Assembly: GCF_963921235.1 (NCBI RefSeq) | Contig: NC_086118.1 | Location: 21,330,001-21,394,000, forward strand | Length of the DNA: 64,000 nt | Direction: 5' to 3' | DNA from: Mobula hypostoma | Taxonomy: Eukaryota | In this document: piece by piece, positions 1 to 13,339 of the stretch | Layout of the letters: each line of letters begins with the position of its first letter | Position numbering within the stretch: position 1 is the first letter of the stretch | Made by a program: the position numbers and the translations under genes | Notes under the pieces: generated by a model | What the model was told of the DNA's origin: nothing | What the model saw: only the letters and a program-made list of their open reading frames with translations | Database searches by the model: none

Positions 1-165
1 ATTTATGATTTATAATTTAAATTTTTAATATTTACTAATTTTTACTATTTTTAATATTTAATACTTGTAATCCAGGGAGTGGGAAGCACAGAATCAAATA
101 TTGCTGTGATGATTGTACGTTCTAGTACCAATTGTTTGGCGACAATAAAGTATAAAGTATAATAA
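1..165 (+). mobile_element. 3' tail of a non-LTR retroelement
   Basis: AATAAA followed by a short tandem tail (aaagtat)n. Confidence 0.45.
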
Positions 166-169
166 AGCA

Positions 170-435
170 CAGTGCAAAGACATAAAATTACTACAAATTA
201 CAAAATACGTAAACAGTGCAAATAAACAGAATGGCAAGGTAGTGTTCTCGGGTTGCTTAGAAATCTGATGATGGGGGAGGAAGGAGCTGTTCCTAAGTCA
301 TTGAGTGTGGGTCTTCAGGCTCCTGGAATTTCTCCAGGAGTAGTGATGGTAGAAATGAGAAGAGGTCACATGCTGGAAGGTTAATGATGGATGCTGCCTT
401 TTTGAGGCACCACCTCTTTAACGTGGGGAGGTTTG
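170..435 (-). mobile_element. Degenerate Rex1/L2-like LINE 3' fragment
   Basis: Reverse complement resembles the 3' regions at 1980-2110 and 12750-12850. A similar piece lies at 53880-54025. Confidence 0.5.
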
Positions 436-1389
436 TGAAAATGCAAATATTGTTACTTTAACATCTTTAAATTAAGAATACTTATTGGAAGAAAAGGTGC
501 GTGTGTGGAGGTAGGAGGCAATTTGTCAATGAAAAGTCTACACTACATTTCATTCCCCACACAGAAATGCTGATGAAAATTACCCATGCACGTTATGTTG
601 TGCACAGTAATTAAAGTAGATCATTCTTTGGCGCAGTTAGCTGTTTCCTGTATTTCTGATAGACAAATATTGTGTTTTTAATACCCTTGAGAATATAGGA
701 ACGTGTGCAATCATAATTTATCTTTACATATTGTGAGAAATGCTATGACTTTAAATGATTAAAAGATTAAACAGCAATTGAATTTTTCACCAGAACAATA
801 ATGGAGCTCTGGCCCTCACTATCTAAAAGGCCAGTGGAGGTGTAAACACTCACCTTGTAAAAGGTACTTCGCTAAGTTTCACCCACAGAGCCGGGATGAT
901 CAGCTTTTTCTGACTGATTTGTGTAAGATGGGCCAGGTGGCCCCACTGTGATTCTATTAAATAATACTGAACATTTACCAATATTCAAAGCCCTCCCACC
1001 CACCCCAAGCTGAAATTCTCACAAGCAGTTTTTCATCAGTTAGTTACTCTCTCCTCGCTCTTCTCCAGCACTACTTTGCCAAGCAAAAATTCATCTTCCA
1101 GGCTGTCAAAAAGTTTACTCAAGGAATGACCCTGCTGAATTTCATTTATTGTCAGCAATGCTGCCTGTTAGAAAATGAGTTAAACTGGCCTCCCATCTGT
1201 ACTTTCGGGTGGATATAAAAGATTTCATTATACCAATTTAGAAAGCAAGTAACTATCCTATGCAAATAAAAATGATCTTGTTATTATCATAATGCTTTTT
1301 GGTTAAGTGGATGGGCATATTGGCTGCAAAGAGCATTGCATCTGTGACTGTACTTGAAAGGTACTACGTTTGTTATAAAGCCTTTGTAA

Positions 1390-2394
1390 AAAGCTATGTG
1401 CTTAGCCCCCTGCTCTGTTCATTTTATAATTATGACTGTGAGGTCCAATGACATAGTTAACTTTGCTGACAACATCACTGTTGCTCACCAAATCAAAGGT
1501 GGTGACAAATCAGCAGATAGGAGGGAGACCGAGAGTCTGGCTGAATGGTGCCACAACAACAACCTCTCACTCAAGGTCAGCAAAGGCAAAGAGCTGATAA
1601 TTGACTCTAGGAGGTCCATGAGCCAGTCCTCATCAGGGAATCTGAAGTGGAGAGGGTTAGCAACTTTAAGTTCCTCAGCATTATCATTTTAGATGATCTA
1701 TCCTGGGTCCAGCACGTAACTGCACTACAAAGAAGTCATGGCAGCACCCCTACTTTCCTAGAAGTTTGCAAATATTCGGCATATCATCTAAAATACTGAC
1801 AAACTTCTATAGATGCACAGTGGAGAGTATACTGACTGCATGCATCATGGTCTGGAATGGAATCACCAATGCCCTTGAACAGAAAAGCCTACAAAAAGTA
1901 ATGGATACATCCTCGTTCATCGCAGGTAAAACCCTCCCTACCACGAAACACATCTACAAAGGGTACTGTCACAGGAAAGCAGCATCTCTCCCCCCCACCA
2001 ACCTCCCATCCAGGCCATGCTCTCTTCTCATCAGGAAAGTGGTACAGGAGCCTCAGGCCCCACAACACCAGGTTCAGGAACAGTTATTACCCCTCAATCA
2101 TCAAACCCTTGAACCTTGAACATAAAACACAATTTTTGTCCATCAGAATACAGGAATAACTTTACTCATCCCAACACTGAAATGGTTCCTCAACCTATGG
2201 ACTTGCTTTCAAGGACTCCACAATTCATGTAATCAATATTTATTGCTTATTTATTATTATTATTATTTTGTTTTTTCCCTCTTCTACTATTTTCACAGTT
2301 TGTTTTCTTTTGCACATTGGTTGTCCGTCTTTGTTGGGTGCGGTTTTTCATTGACTCTTGTGTTTCTTTGTATTTACTGTGAATGCTGGCATAT
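1390..2394 (+). mobile_element. Rex1/L2-type LINE, 5'-truncated, decayed RT C-terminus and 3' UTR
   Basis: ORF fragments FADNIT..WCHNNNLSLKVSKGKELIID and LTNFYRCTVESILTACIMVW. Its (actttga)n tail resumes at about 3707, after the nested element. Confidence 0.85.
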
Positions 2395-3706
2395 ACTTTG
2401 AAAGATATGGTATTAGAGGGGTGGTATATGACTGGTTAAGTAGTTATTTGGAAGACAGGTATCAGTATGTACATATAAACAACTCAAATTCAAAACTTTT
2501 GAGGGCAACTTGTAGGGTTCTACGAGGTTCAGTGCTTGGTCCATTGCTGTTCATTTTGTATATAAACGATATATGTATGATCTCTCAGACATTAAAATGT
2601 ATATTATTTGCTGATGATACAACTATATTTTGTAGTGGGGAACATCTGAAACAACTTTTGGATACAGTGGAGAAAGAACTAAAAATTTTAAAGAAATGGT
2701 TTGATACTAACAAGTTATCACTGAATCTAAGTAAAACTAAATTCATAATACTTGGAAACCGTGTACCAAACTCCTATAGTAAACTTAGAATAAATGATGT
2801 TGAAATTGATCAGGTACCTGAAACAAAATTTTTAGGAGTGGTAATAAAATTAAGCTGGAAACCACATATAAATTATGTCAAAGCAAAAATGTCATAATAT
2901 ATTGATATACTGTACAAAGTGCAAGATTTCTTAAATCAGGAATCTTTGCATACATTATACAGTTCACTTATAGTCCCATACATGACTTACTGTGTAGAGG
3001 TACGGGGAAATACATACAAAACAAATATAAACTCAATTTTTCTACTCCAAAAGAAAGTCATATGAATTGTAAATAAGACAAGTTATTATGAGCCAACCAA
3101 TCCACTATTTATTCAACTAAACACTTTAAAATTCAGAGATTTCGTAGATTTTAAAATAATACAAATTATGTATAAAGTAAAAAATGGACAGCTACCACAA
3201 AGTATCCAAAGGTTGTTTAAAGTGAGAGAAAGTCAACATGATTTGAGAGGAACATGTATATTTCAAAAACAAAGGATAAGAACAAATGTCAAAAATCATT
3301 GTATTTCAGTCAGAGGGGCGAATCTACGGAACAGTTGTAGTGTGAATTTAAAAACATGCACCATAATTAACAAGTTAAAAAAATTATTTAATAAAATACA
3401 TGATTTAAAATAAATGGGAGTAATGTAAATAAATCATACTTGAAATTGGATTTTGTGTTAAAAGATTATGAAATTTATTGTTTTGATGTGATGATTGACG
3501 CCAAATATGTTGTTGTATAAGTAAGAGGGGTAGGCGTAATAAGCTGTAGCTTCAGCCTACACCCTTTCGGTCTGTTTTAAAGAATATCTATGGTTTTTTG
3601 TTGTAATCTTGTGTTATGAAATCATCGTTATGAAATCTGCATTGAAAATGATGCTTTTTGGGTATGTTTGTACTGACCGAAATAAATTTCATTCATTCAT
3701 TCATTC
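2395..3706 (+). mobile_element. AT-rich L2/Crack/Daphne-like LINE, 5'-truncated, nested in the tail of the preceding LINE
   Basis: RT motifs YGIRG..LSSYL..RYQYV, GSVLGPLLFILYINDI and FADDT. Ends AATAAA + (CATT)n. Confidence 0.85.
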
Positions 3707-4231
3707 ACTTTGAACTTTTGAACTTTGAAATACTTTGGAACATCCTATGAGTGTGAAAAGTATTCATCCAAGTTCTTTTGCTCAGTAAGTTTACCAATTC
3801 TCTGCAATTATTATATCTCTCCAGACGTTTAGAGAACTTATAAAGGGGAAAAGGGAAATGGAGGAGGAATAAATACTCTCTGTCTTCAAGGAAGATGCTG
3901 AGGAATCAAGGATCTAGAGTAAATGACAAAATAAAAGAATGTACTGATAAAATTCAAGAAGATAACAAGCCTGAAAAGCAGCAGTTACCAAGGACCTGGT
4001 TGAGGAGATCAAATATAATATTTCCATGCTCCAGTACAGCAAAGTCAACTGTGAATCTGAGTGGTGATGAAGCTCTAAGGAGATACAGATAAGGTCGATG
4101 AGGGGAAACCACACAGTAAATGATGAAGAATGTCAGGCTATCATTTTAATAGAAAAGTCAAATGCTGAATATGTAAAACCTTGAAAATATTATTTATAGA
4201 AATGAGTAATATGATGGTTGAAAATAAAATG

Positions 4232-4606
4232 TCTTGTAATACCAACAGGAGACTGTATTGTGAAACATTTGTCAATTTTAGCTTCCTGTTAAAAAAAATT
4301 GTTTTCAGAACTGTATGCACTGTTTGGCATAGAACCTCCAGAAGTGAAATGCTAGAGATGAAGAATAGCTACTGGATTTTAAAAATGGGGTCTTCCTCTA
4401 CGGCACATATAACACACGAACTTGATATTTGTTTCACAGTTAGGACTGACCCAATAGGTTCATTTTAGTAATTATTCTTACAAAATCTTCTCTTGCAATA
4501 CCAACAGGAGGCTGTATTGTGGAAAATTATTTCTTTAAACAGGAAACTAAAATTGACTAATATCTTCAAAACTGTATGCACTGTTTGGCGTAGAATCTCA
4601 AGTGAA
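4232..4606. repeat. Pair of ~115 bp direct repeats (4232-4348 and 4491-4606) with an internally inverted ~45 bp segment
   Basis: Flanks tcttg[t/c]aataccaacaggag..ctgtattgt and aactgtatgcactgtttggc are shared. The middle of copy 2 is the reverse complement of the middle of copy 1. Confidence 0.85.
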
Positions 4607-4879
4607 CTTCTTGTCAAATTTCATTATTTGTGCAAGTCATTTGTTTTCCTATCCCTGGTTTGAACTGATTAAGCTATCTTACAACTGGGATTTAAAACAT
4701 GCTGCGGACTTGAGCTTTACATCATTTTGTTCCGATTTTTATTTTGTGTTTGGGTTTGAATCCAGTTCTTTTCCAAACTGAGAAAACAGGCAGTCATTGC
4801 AAAACAGAAATGACAATTATTTCCCATTCTTCCTGTTTGCTAAATTATGTTTTTGACGGATGCTTAGTTAATTAGATTT

Positions 4880-5250
4880 GAAGACCTGGAGTAGGCCCCA
4901 TCAGCTTCTCAGCTGCTGTTCAGTAAGATCTTGGCGGATCTAATCGTAATCTCAATTTTGCTTTCTTGATTACCTGTGGTCACCTTTCTCCTATTTGCTT
5001 ATCATGTATCTACCAGCTCTGCATAAAAATAGCCAAAACACATGGCTTCCAAAGCCCTTTGAGATGTGCATTTTAAGCAAAATACTCAGAAAATATTTTG
5101 CGTTATGTCTGTCTGCAATGGATGGACCTCATTTTTGAGCACAGACCTCTAGTGGTAGATTCTCCCATGAGAAAATACCCTCCCAACATCCACCCTCTGA
5201 AGATTTTATCTGTTTCAGTCCTCCCCATTCACTCTTCTGAACTCCAACAG
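4880..5250 (-). mobile_element. Old CR1 3' fragment
   Basis: Degenerate similarity to the CR1 3' end at 55140-55550 (ggagtaggcc...cctctagt..tagattctccca). Confidence 0.55.
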
Positions 5251-5554
5251 ATATATTAAATAAACTACAATTACTAGCATGGCAGGCTTGGGGATCCATG
5301 CCACATATTTCTCTGTTGGGTTATTTGGCCTTTTAATGCATTGTACTTTCATAAACATGTATTGCTAGTCATGTGGACTTAGCTTCTCTTATTACAGCAT
5401 TCTGCTTTGGTATATGATATTCTGAAGTGAACTAAATAAATCCAGCTAGACTCTAGTCCCCTGTCAGAGAGATTGCACTTTCTGCGAGAGTAGCCTCCTA
5501 GCAGCACCTCAGTGAACTGCTGTAGGTTAAAGGTCGTTTCTTAAATGTGACAAC

Positions 5555-5850
5555 ATGGTGGCATGATAGCATACCAACTAGTAATGTTATTGTGATGCCA
5601 GCAGTAAGATCAGGGTTCGATTCCTGCCACCATCTATAAGGAGTCAATACGTTCTTTCTGTGATTGCATGGGATTCTGCTGGGTGTTCTGGTTTCCTCCC
5701 ACATTCCAAAGGCGTACAGGTTAGAGGTAGTAAGTAATGGGTGCGCTATATTGGCACCAGGAAGTACGGTGACACTTGAGGCCAGCCCAGCACAATCGCC
5801 GCTGATTTGATTTGACGCAAACGACGCATTTCACTGTATGTTTCGATGTA
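5555..5850 (+). mobile_element. tRNA-derived V-SINE (HE1-like)
   Basis: B-box-like gggttcgattcc, V-domain core gggtgttctggtttcctcccacattccaaag, then a LINE-derived tail. Confidence 0.7.
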
Positions 5851-5949
5851 CTACGAATGGTATTAAACCAATTGTAAAGCAAATCTCAGGATCAACTACT
5901 CCAGTTCAAAACTCCACCAAGTGATAGTGTGCTACATTGCTTCTCAAAG

Positions 5950-6290
5950 GTTATGACCCCTCAACCATCAGGCTCTTGAACCAAAGATAACAACCTTACT
6001 CATCTACACTCACCCCATCACTGAACTGTTCCCACAACCTATGCACTCATTTTCAATGTCTTTTCATCTCCTGTTTTCAATATTCATTGATTGTTTGTTT
6101 GTTTGTTTATTTATTCATTTTTGTATTTGCACAGTTTGTTGTCTTTTGCACATTGGTTGTGAGGCAGCCATTCTTTGATTCTATTGTGTTTCTTGTACTT
6201 ACTGTGAATGCCCGCAAGAAAATGAATCTCAGGGTTGTATATGGTGATATATATGTACTTAAATAATTTGCCTTGAACTTTGAATTTACT
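5950..6290 (+). mobile_element. Rex1/L2-type LINE 3' end
   Basis: Same 3' UTR as 2090-2390, ending in a gaactttgaa-type tail. Confidence 0.7.
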
Positions 6291-7739
6291 TTCCACTATT
6301 ACAATGCTCATTTTATCAATATTTTCAAGAACTTACACATTAATCCATATTTTGTGAAGACTCTACAAAAATTGATTCAAACGCATAATTGATTTTAAAA
6401 AATGTCATATGCATGTCATAATTTTTTTTCAATGAAAGCTAGTTCCTTCCTCATACAAGATCAGAGATAAGTAATGGTAGCAATTGAAACAGATGCCAGC
6501 TCAATAAATTATTCAACTGAAATAGTAACTTTTTTTCCTATATCCACAGATACTGTCTAAACTGTTAATAATTTCCTGCTGTTTCTTTTAATATAATTCA
6601 ACAAAAATAGCTTTCAATTTGTGCAAAGCACCTTCAATAATTACCACTCTGGATGTAAATTGTCCTGATAGACAAACCCCAACAAGCAACAATACAATGA
6701 AGTAATAACATTTCTGTAAGCAACATCACATGACACACCCAACCCTTCACCAAAGTTTATGGCTGTAATTAAATGGTACCTTTCATAAGTAAAATAGCCC
6801 AAAGCAAAATGGGTACTTCTAATGCTGCAGCCAGTTTTACACAGAGGAAGATTCCACAACATCAGTTAGATACATGATCCATTTTCTTGTTAAATAAAAA
6901 GAGTAAATAAATGAACAAGCAACCAACACTGAATAGCCATGAAGGAGAACTTCCTTGTCACCCTCAAAATAGTGCTTGGTAATCTGACGTGGCAGACAGG
7001 ACCTTGGCTTAAATTCTCAGCTAAAAGGAGGTGCCACCCACATCATAGTTCGTCTTCTGTCTCTCAGTGTAGAGCAATGTGCTATTCATCCACCGCACTA
7101 TTTGCTGTTTTCGATTGTGTCTTACAATTTGGTTTTCATTTTGTAATTCCGCACAAACATGCCTCTAAAGGGAAAGTTCAAAATGAGGGAAACGACAGTC
7201 AAAGTGATCCTGCTTAATAGAGTTTGATTCCAGAATTTATTTTCCAGAATTGTCATCTTCATTACAGATAGGTAGGTGATTTGAAAACTGAAACAGCAGT
7301 GAATCTCCACTGTCACCAGTTTTGCACAATCTGTTCCACTGTGTAAATGCCAGAATGCCCAGCACACTATAGCAATTCATTAGCACTGACCCCAAATAAA
7401 GTGCCTCTGCTGTCCTACATTATCCCTCTTCAGTAATGCACAGATGCCCCAGTTGGAACTTTGTAACATATGCCATTTTAGGTTTGGCAGCTCAGAAAGT
7501 TTTGGTTTACAATGGTGGCTGGACCATATTGACTTTTTGCCAGGATTTCCAATTGGCATTACATCTGGGTTTACCATGTATGAGCTGCAATCCAGGAATC
7601 ACCTTGTTCTGCCTCGGGAATCAGCATGTAATTCTAAAAGCAGGCACAGCCTTGCTGTAATAGATCAGCATTATGCAGGGGTTAAAACAAAAACCACCAC
7701 TTAGATCCCTACTTATTAGAACTCAGGAGGTGGCCATTC

Positions 7740-8030
7740 ATCTCATCAGATGCATGCCACTCACAGAGCAAATTCCATCAGTTCCAATCCCCCCCCCCAC
7801 CTTATTTGTCTGTAACTCTCCAATTCACTCTTTTACATGCCCATCAACTCCCCTCTGCACTTTTTGTCCCTTAATCCAATGAAATATCCTTGAGTTATGG
7901 AATAAAATGAGAGTACCAACAAAAACCAACATAGAAAACATGCAAACTGCACAATGACAACACCCAAAGTCAGGACTAAGCATGGCTCCTCGGAGCTGTT
8001 GGACAGCGGCACTAATTCCTGCACTCGCAA
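7740..8030 (-). mobile_element. Degenerate SINE fragment (V-SINE-like)
   Basis: Reverse-strand remnants (agaaaacatgcaaactgcaca, ggagctgttggacagcggcactaa). Confidence 0.45.
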
Positions 8031-9499
8031 TGCCTGGCAGACAAACAGAAACTCACTGGGGTTTGCAAGGCAGGAATTTAGAAGGGGAAGGTAGCTTATT
8101 TGAAAATTATTAAGCTTTAGTGTTAACTATTTGTGTTTTAGTTAACTCTGGAAGTTTCATTTTTCTTACTTAATTCCAATTTCATTCAAAGTTTGTAAAT
8201 CTCTCAATGTCAGATATGATCAGATATGTAGTATTAAAATCAATGCAAATTTCATAACTGTCAAAGCCCTGGCCACAATTTTGCCAGCTGTTCGAGAATG
8301 CCAGAGAAAATAATGGGGACCAAGCTTCCACAATGCACTGCCTGATCCGCACTCACTGTCCAGACCATGGTGCTGGAAGTAAGGGCATGGAGGGTCACCA
8401 ATCTCTGTCCTCTGCCTCCAGCCCACATAAGTACTAGTATAGTTCCACACTGAGGGAGTTAATATGCAGAGCCTGACGGTGTAAAGGGGAGGCTACTTAT
8501 AATGCCTAATACAAATTTCCCATCCAGAAAGATTATTGAAGCTGTTTTCTTAGTCTAAAAACATTACATCTCCTATCAAGGTATCCAAATTTCATAGTAA
8601 TTTGCACTTTACTCAGAAGGAATTCATAAGAGTTACATTTATTACCACTGACTTACATGATGTTGTTTTGCAGCAGCAGTGCACTGCAAAGACAAAAAAT
8701 TATTATGAAATATAACGAATAACTTTGATTAAAAGCATTATATCATAGCTACTTCCTCCTGAATTTCAGCTTAGATATTGTTGAGCTCAACAATGAAAAA
8801 TTCAGAAGTTATCTACTGGTTGTATAAAGTTGGAAGATAAATAATCATTTTTCTGGCAAAGATAGAAAATATTTCTACTCCTCCTCCTCTTCCGCATATA
8901 AACAAAAACAAAGCACAGTAGAATGGAGGAAGCCTGGAAAGGAAAATAGGAAATGTCAGGCAGCTATAATCCCAAGTTTCTCCAACTGGTTTCCAGAATT
9001 CCTGCCATATCGATACAGCTTTAAGCCTCGACACCAGATCATCACGAACAGAATTCTAATGTGTGTAAGAGATTAGGTAAAGCAACTCAAAATTAGCAAT
9101 TTCCTAGAAATGTACAGCAGAGCCTAAACTTTTAATGGTCATTACTGTCTGGTATTGGAAAAACTTACTTATACTTCACACATTATCAATGTGTATCAAA
9201 ACAAATATTGCTGCCTAAAAACATATTCGTTTGTACTTTTGGTTGAGATCAAGTGAACAAGATCATGGCAAAAGAGATTTAAGTTTAGATTTAACTTTTT
9301 ACAGGTGGTCCATGCATGGCAGGAGACTATAAAACACACTGTCATGGAGTAATGATTGTAACTCTTTAACCTACTTAACACCAGGAAGCCCAAAACCAAT
9401 TCCACTCTCAAGGGAGTGAAGTAAAAGAGTAAGAAAATCTCATGACAACTAAACAGATTTGGTAGCACTAAACATAGAGGACTGCATATTGTTCTGCTC

Positions 9500-10430
9500 C
9501 CTTTATTTAACAGGATAGTCGCACTTCTATTGGAGATAGTTCAAAAAAGATTCATTCCTTTGATTGCTGGAATATACAAATTGATTTTTGAGAAATGACT
9601 TGGGTATACCTCCATTTGGGCATTCTCACTGGAGTTTTGAAGAATGAATTACATTAGATCCTAAATGGGTTTGACAGAATAGTTATAAGAGGACATTTCT
9701 TCTCATGGGCAAATCTAGAACTAGGAAGCAAGAGTTTCTGAATGACTACAAGATGCCTTGCTATAATTACATGGCTTGAGAGACCACACCTGGAGCATTA
9801 TACATTGTTCTGGTCTCCTTATTTAATAAAAGACATACCTGCTGTAGAGGGAGTGCACTGAAGATTCAGACTGATTGAGAGAAATTGAGAGAGGTAGATG
9901 GAGGAGACTGGGCCAAATATGCCTGAATTCTCCAGAGCTGAGAAGAAGAGAGCATCTCGCTTAAAATGTCTGACAAGGCTGGATAAACTGGATGAAAAGA
10001 AGATACCTCCATTGACTGAAGGGTCTAGAACAAAGAAATATAGGCTCAGATAATCAGAACTTCTTCATTGAGAGGATGGTGTGGAGACAATTTGAATCCA
10101 AGTCATTGAATACATTTAATGGGCAGATACAAATTTCTAGACACAAAGTTATCAAGGAATACTGGCCAAGAGAATGAGAAAGAATACAAGCTTGAGATAG
10201 AGTATCAGTCATGCTTGTATTGAATGGAGAAGCAGACTCAAAAAGCCCATCTCCTATTCCTGTTTTTATAGAGATATTAATAAGCAGTCCTTTCTTCTCT
10301 CAGAATGCTGTGAATCTAAGGAATTCTCTCCCACAGAGAGCTATAGAAATAGATTTGTGGACTTGTGACTTACTAGGGAGTTGTCGGTTACGTGAAACAG
10401 GCTGAGAAGTGGACTTAAGGTCAGGGTCAG
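9500..10430 (+). mobile_element. Several old CR1 RT 3' fragments
   Basis: agaccacacctggagcatta (RPHLE), tggtctccttattt (WSPY) and a CR1-like 3' UTR remnant. Confidence 0.6.
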
Positions 10431-10724
10431 CGCAGTCATGAACAGTGGGAAGTTGAGAAGCTTTATTGCCTGTTTTTACCTCATAACTATTAATTTGCCT
10501 ACGTTTGAACTTCTTGGAATTATTTTCTACCTAATCTTTTTGATCTATGCATAAAACAAGACTGGTTACATCATAGTTTGTTCGGGCAATTCAAATGCAC
10601 AGGAACGTAAGAAGATAAAGACAGACGTGGACTCTACCCCAATACATCACGTGCACATCCCTTATCATCATCAGTAGTATCTACAGGAGGTACTGCTTCA
10701 AGAAAGCAACAACTATCAGAGATC

Positions 10725-11190
10725 CACACACACAATGCTGGAAGAACTCAGAAGGTCAGGCAGCATCTTTGGAAATGAATAAACAGTCGAGGTTTCGGAC
10801 CAAGTCCCTTCATCAGAATTGGAAAGCAAGGGGGAAGACACCAGAAAGGTGGTAGGAGAGGAGGATAGCTAGAAGGTGATAGGTAAAGCCAGATGGGTGG
10901 GAAAGGCAAGGGGCTGGAGAAGGAGGAATCTGATAGGAGAGGAGAGTAGGCCATAGGAGAAAGGGAAGGAGGAGGCGACCAAGGGTGAAGTGATGGGCAA
11001 GTAAGGAGCGATAAAAGGCCTGAGTAAGGAATAGAAGAGGGGAGTGGGAGGGGAACATTTACTGGAAGTGGAAATCGATATTCATGCCATCAGGTTGGAG
11101 GCCACTTAAGCAGAATATAAGGTATTTTCTCCTCCACCCTGAGGGTGGCTTCATCTTAGCACAAGAAGAGCCCATGGACCAACAGGTCAA
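10725..11190 (-). mobile_element. Penelope-like element 3' fragment nested in a Rex1/L2 fragment (10670-11545)
   Basis: Homologous to 15630-16150 (gttcatgccatcaggttggaggc, acaatgctggaagaactcag). The host LINE resumes at about 11191. Confidence 0.75.
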
Positions 11191-11999
11191 ATCCATCAAA
11201 GATTCCCACTGTCCAGGCCATAACATTTTCTACAGCTACCATTGGGCAGGAGATATATAGATCTGAAGTGCCATACCACTAGGTTCAAGAACAGCTGCTT
11301 CCCTCCAACTTGCCTGTTCTTGAACGCTATAGCTTATAGCAACATGATAACCGCTTTGACCACGTTGCATTAAAATGGATTTTGTTTCTTTTGTTCTTTC
11401 TTGCAAGAACTGTGCATAATTTATGATTGAATTATGATTTTTTTGTGAACGTTGTGTGCCTGTGATGATGTTGCAAGAAATTCTTTTTCACTCCACTTGC
11501 ACATGCATGTACTTGTGCATATAATAAACTCCTCTTTGACCTTGATGCCCGCAGGGAAATGGGCAGCTGTCATTCTTTGGTGGAGACAGTTCATCTGAAT
11601 GTCACATGTGTGGTGTTCTGACCCATTATTTCCTTCCAGATGCTGCCTGGCCTGCTGAGTTTGATTTATGTTCCAGATTTCAACATCACTGGTCTCTTAT
11701 GTCCTCAGTCAGCTTTCCATTGATATGACCACGGCTGATGGCTTATGAAACTTTGCCAACAAAGGAGAATCATTTAAACAAGATGTTAAAGGTGCTGTAG
11801 CTGAGTGAAAAGTCTGGGTGTATTTCACGGTTCTACTATGGCTAGGCTGGGAGGTCTGGGTGGTGCTGGTCGTGCTGGCTGCTGAGGTGGTTTGCAAACA
11901 ATGTCGTCCAATGATTTCTGAACACAATACCCAAAACTTGTCTTCCCACAAAACATCTTATCCATTAGCTGTACTCGCACACAAGCACTAAAATTAGAT

Positions 12000-12520
12000 C
12001 AAAATTTTAAAAAAACAGCAGACAGTGGGAAGCTAAATGACAATTTAATCTAAAAAAGAAAGTGCTGGAAATACTTTGCAGGTCAGGCTGAATCTGAGGG
12101 AAGAGAAACAAAGTTAGTAGTTCAGATCAAAGACCCTTCGTCAGAACTGTGAAGTGAAAGAAAGAAACTTGTTCAGCTGCAGGGAAGGTGAGGTGTCCAA
12201 CGAGTAAGAACTTAAGTGACCATGGAGACAAAGCTGCAAACATGGTATCTGGTCAATGGGATCAGATTGACAATGAGAATATAGGCAAAAGAATGCAGGA
12301 ATAACCAAATACAGACCAGGAAGGTACGTAAGGTATGTCTGGCAGGTCAGACTGGGCAAGACCTCCACTTCCAGAGGGAAAATAACAGATTTAACCAATA
12401 TCACAAATGGATGACTGCTACTTGCAGAGAAATCAAGTTCCTTTAAGTTGTAGAATTCAATATTAAGTCCAGAAAGTTGCAACATGCTCAAAGAGAAGGT
12501 GAGGTACTGTCCTCCTTCCC
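12000..12520 (-). mobile_element. Old Penelope-derived fragment
   Basis: gtgctggaaatact..caggtcaggc and gacccttcgtcagaactg, plus a GIY-YIG tail remnant near 12450-12510. Confidence 0.55.
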
Positions 12521-12739
12521 CGAGCCACACCAATCAGGGGTTTGGTAGGGTCAAGCAGAGCGGACTCATTCGTTCACTCACTGAGTCAGTGAGACAGACG
12601 TACCACGCCTCCTTGCTCTCCCATTGCAGCTGTTTCTATGATCCTCTTCCATACACTGTTTTTGTTCATTTCTCACTCGCAAACAGTTCTGGTTATGAGC
12701 AGTGCTCAGGAACAGAGCGCTCAGAAAGGTGGCATCCAC

Positions 12740-13085
12740 TGTTAAGGACACCCTTCACCCAGATGATGCCCTCTTCTCATTGTTACCATCAGGATGGAGG
12801 TACAGAAGCCTGAAGACACACACTTAATGATTCAGGAACAGCTTCTTCCCCTCTGCCACCCAAATCCTGAAAGGACATTGAACCCATGAACACTACCTCA
12901 CTTTTTTTAGTATTTATTCACAATTTCTAATTTAACTATTCAATATACATATATATATACTTACTGTAACTGATTAATTTATTTTTCTATATTATCATGT
13001 ATTGCATTGTACTGCTGCCGCTAAGCTAACAAATTTCATGAGATACTGTATGCCGGTGACATTAACCTTAATTTTGATTCCGACT
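12740..13085 (+). mobile_element. Rex1/L2-type LINE 3' end
   Basis: ccatcaggatggaggtacagaagcctgaag..caggaacagcttcttccc (PSGRRYRSL-type terminus) and a gattct-type tail. Confidence 0.7.
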
Positions 13086-13339
13086 CTTTCACTACCTGGT
13101 GACTTCCTGTAGCAGCACAATCGTAAGCTGTTGTTTCTAGCAACTCTGGCTTTGGACAGAGTAGCTTTAATGTTTAACTACTTTTTCAAAAATAATAAAA
13201 TGTTTGTTTGGAGAGAAAATCAAGATTCAATATCTGTAGAGCACAGACCGTTTTCATATCTACTCGAAACATTTCAGCTGAGCTGGGGTCTTTGCTAGTT
13301 CAGGTGTCTGCTGGGGACCAGTACTAGCTTTGTTGGATA

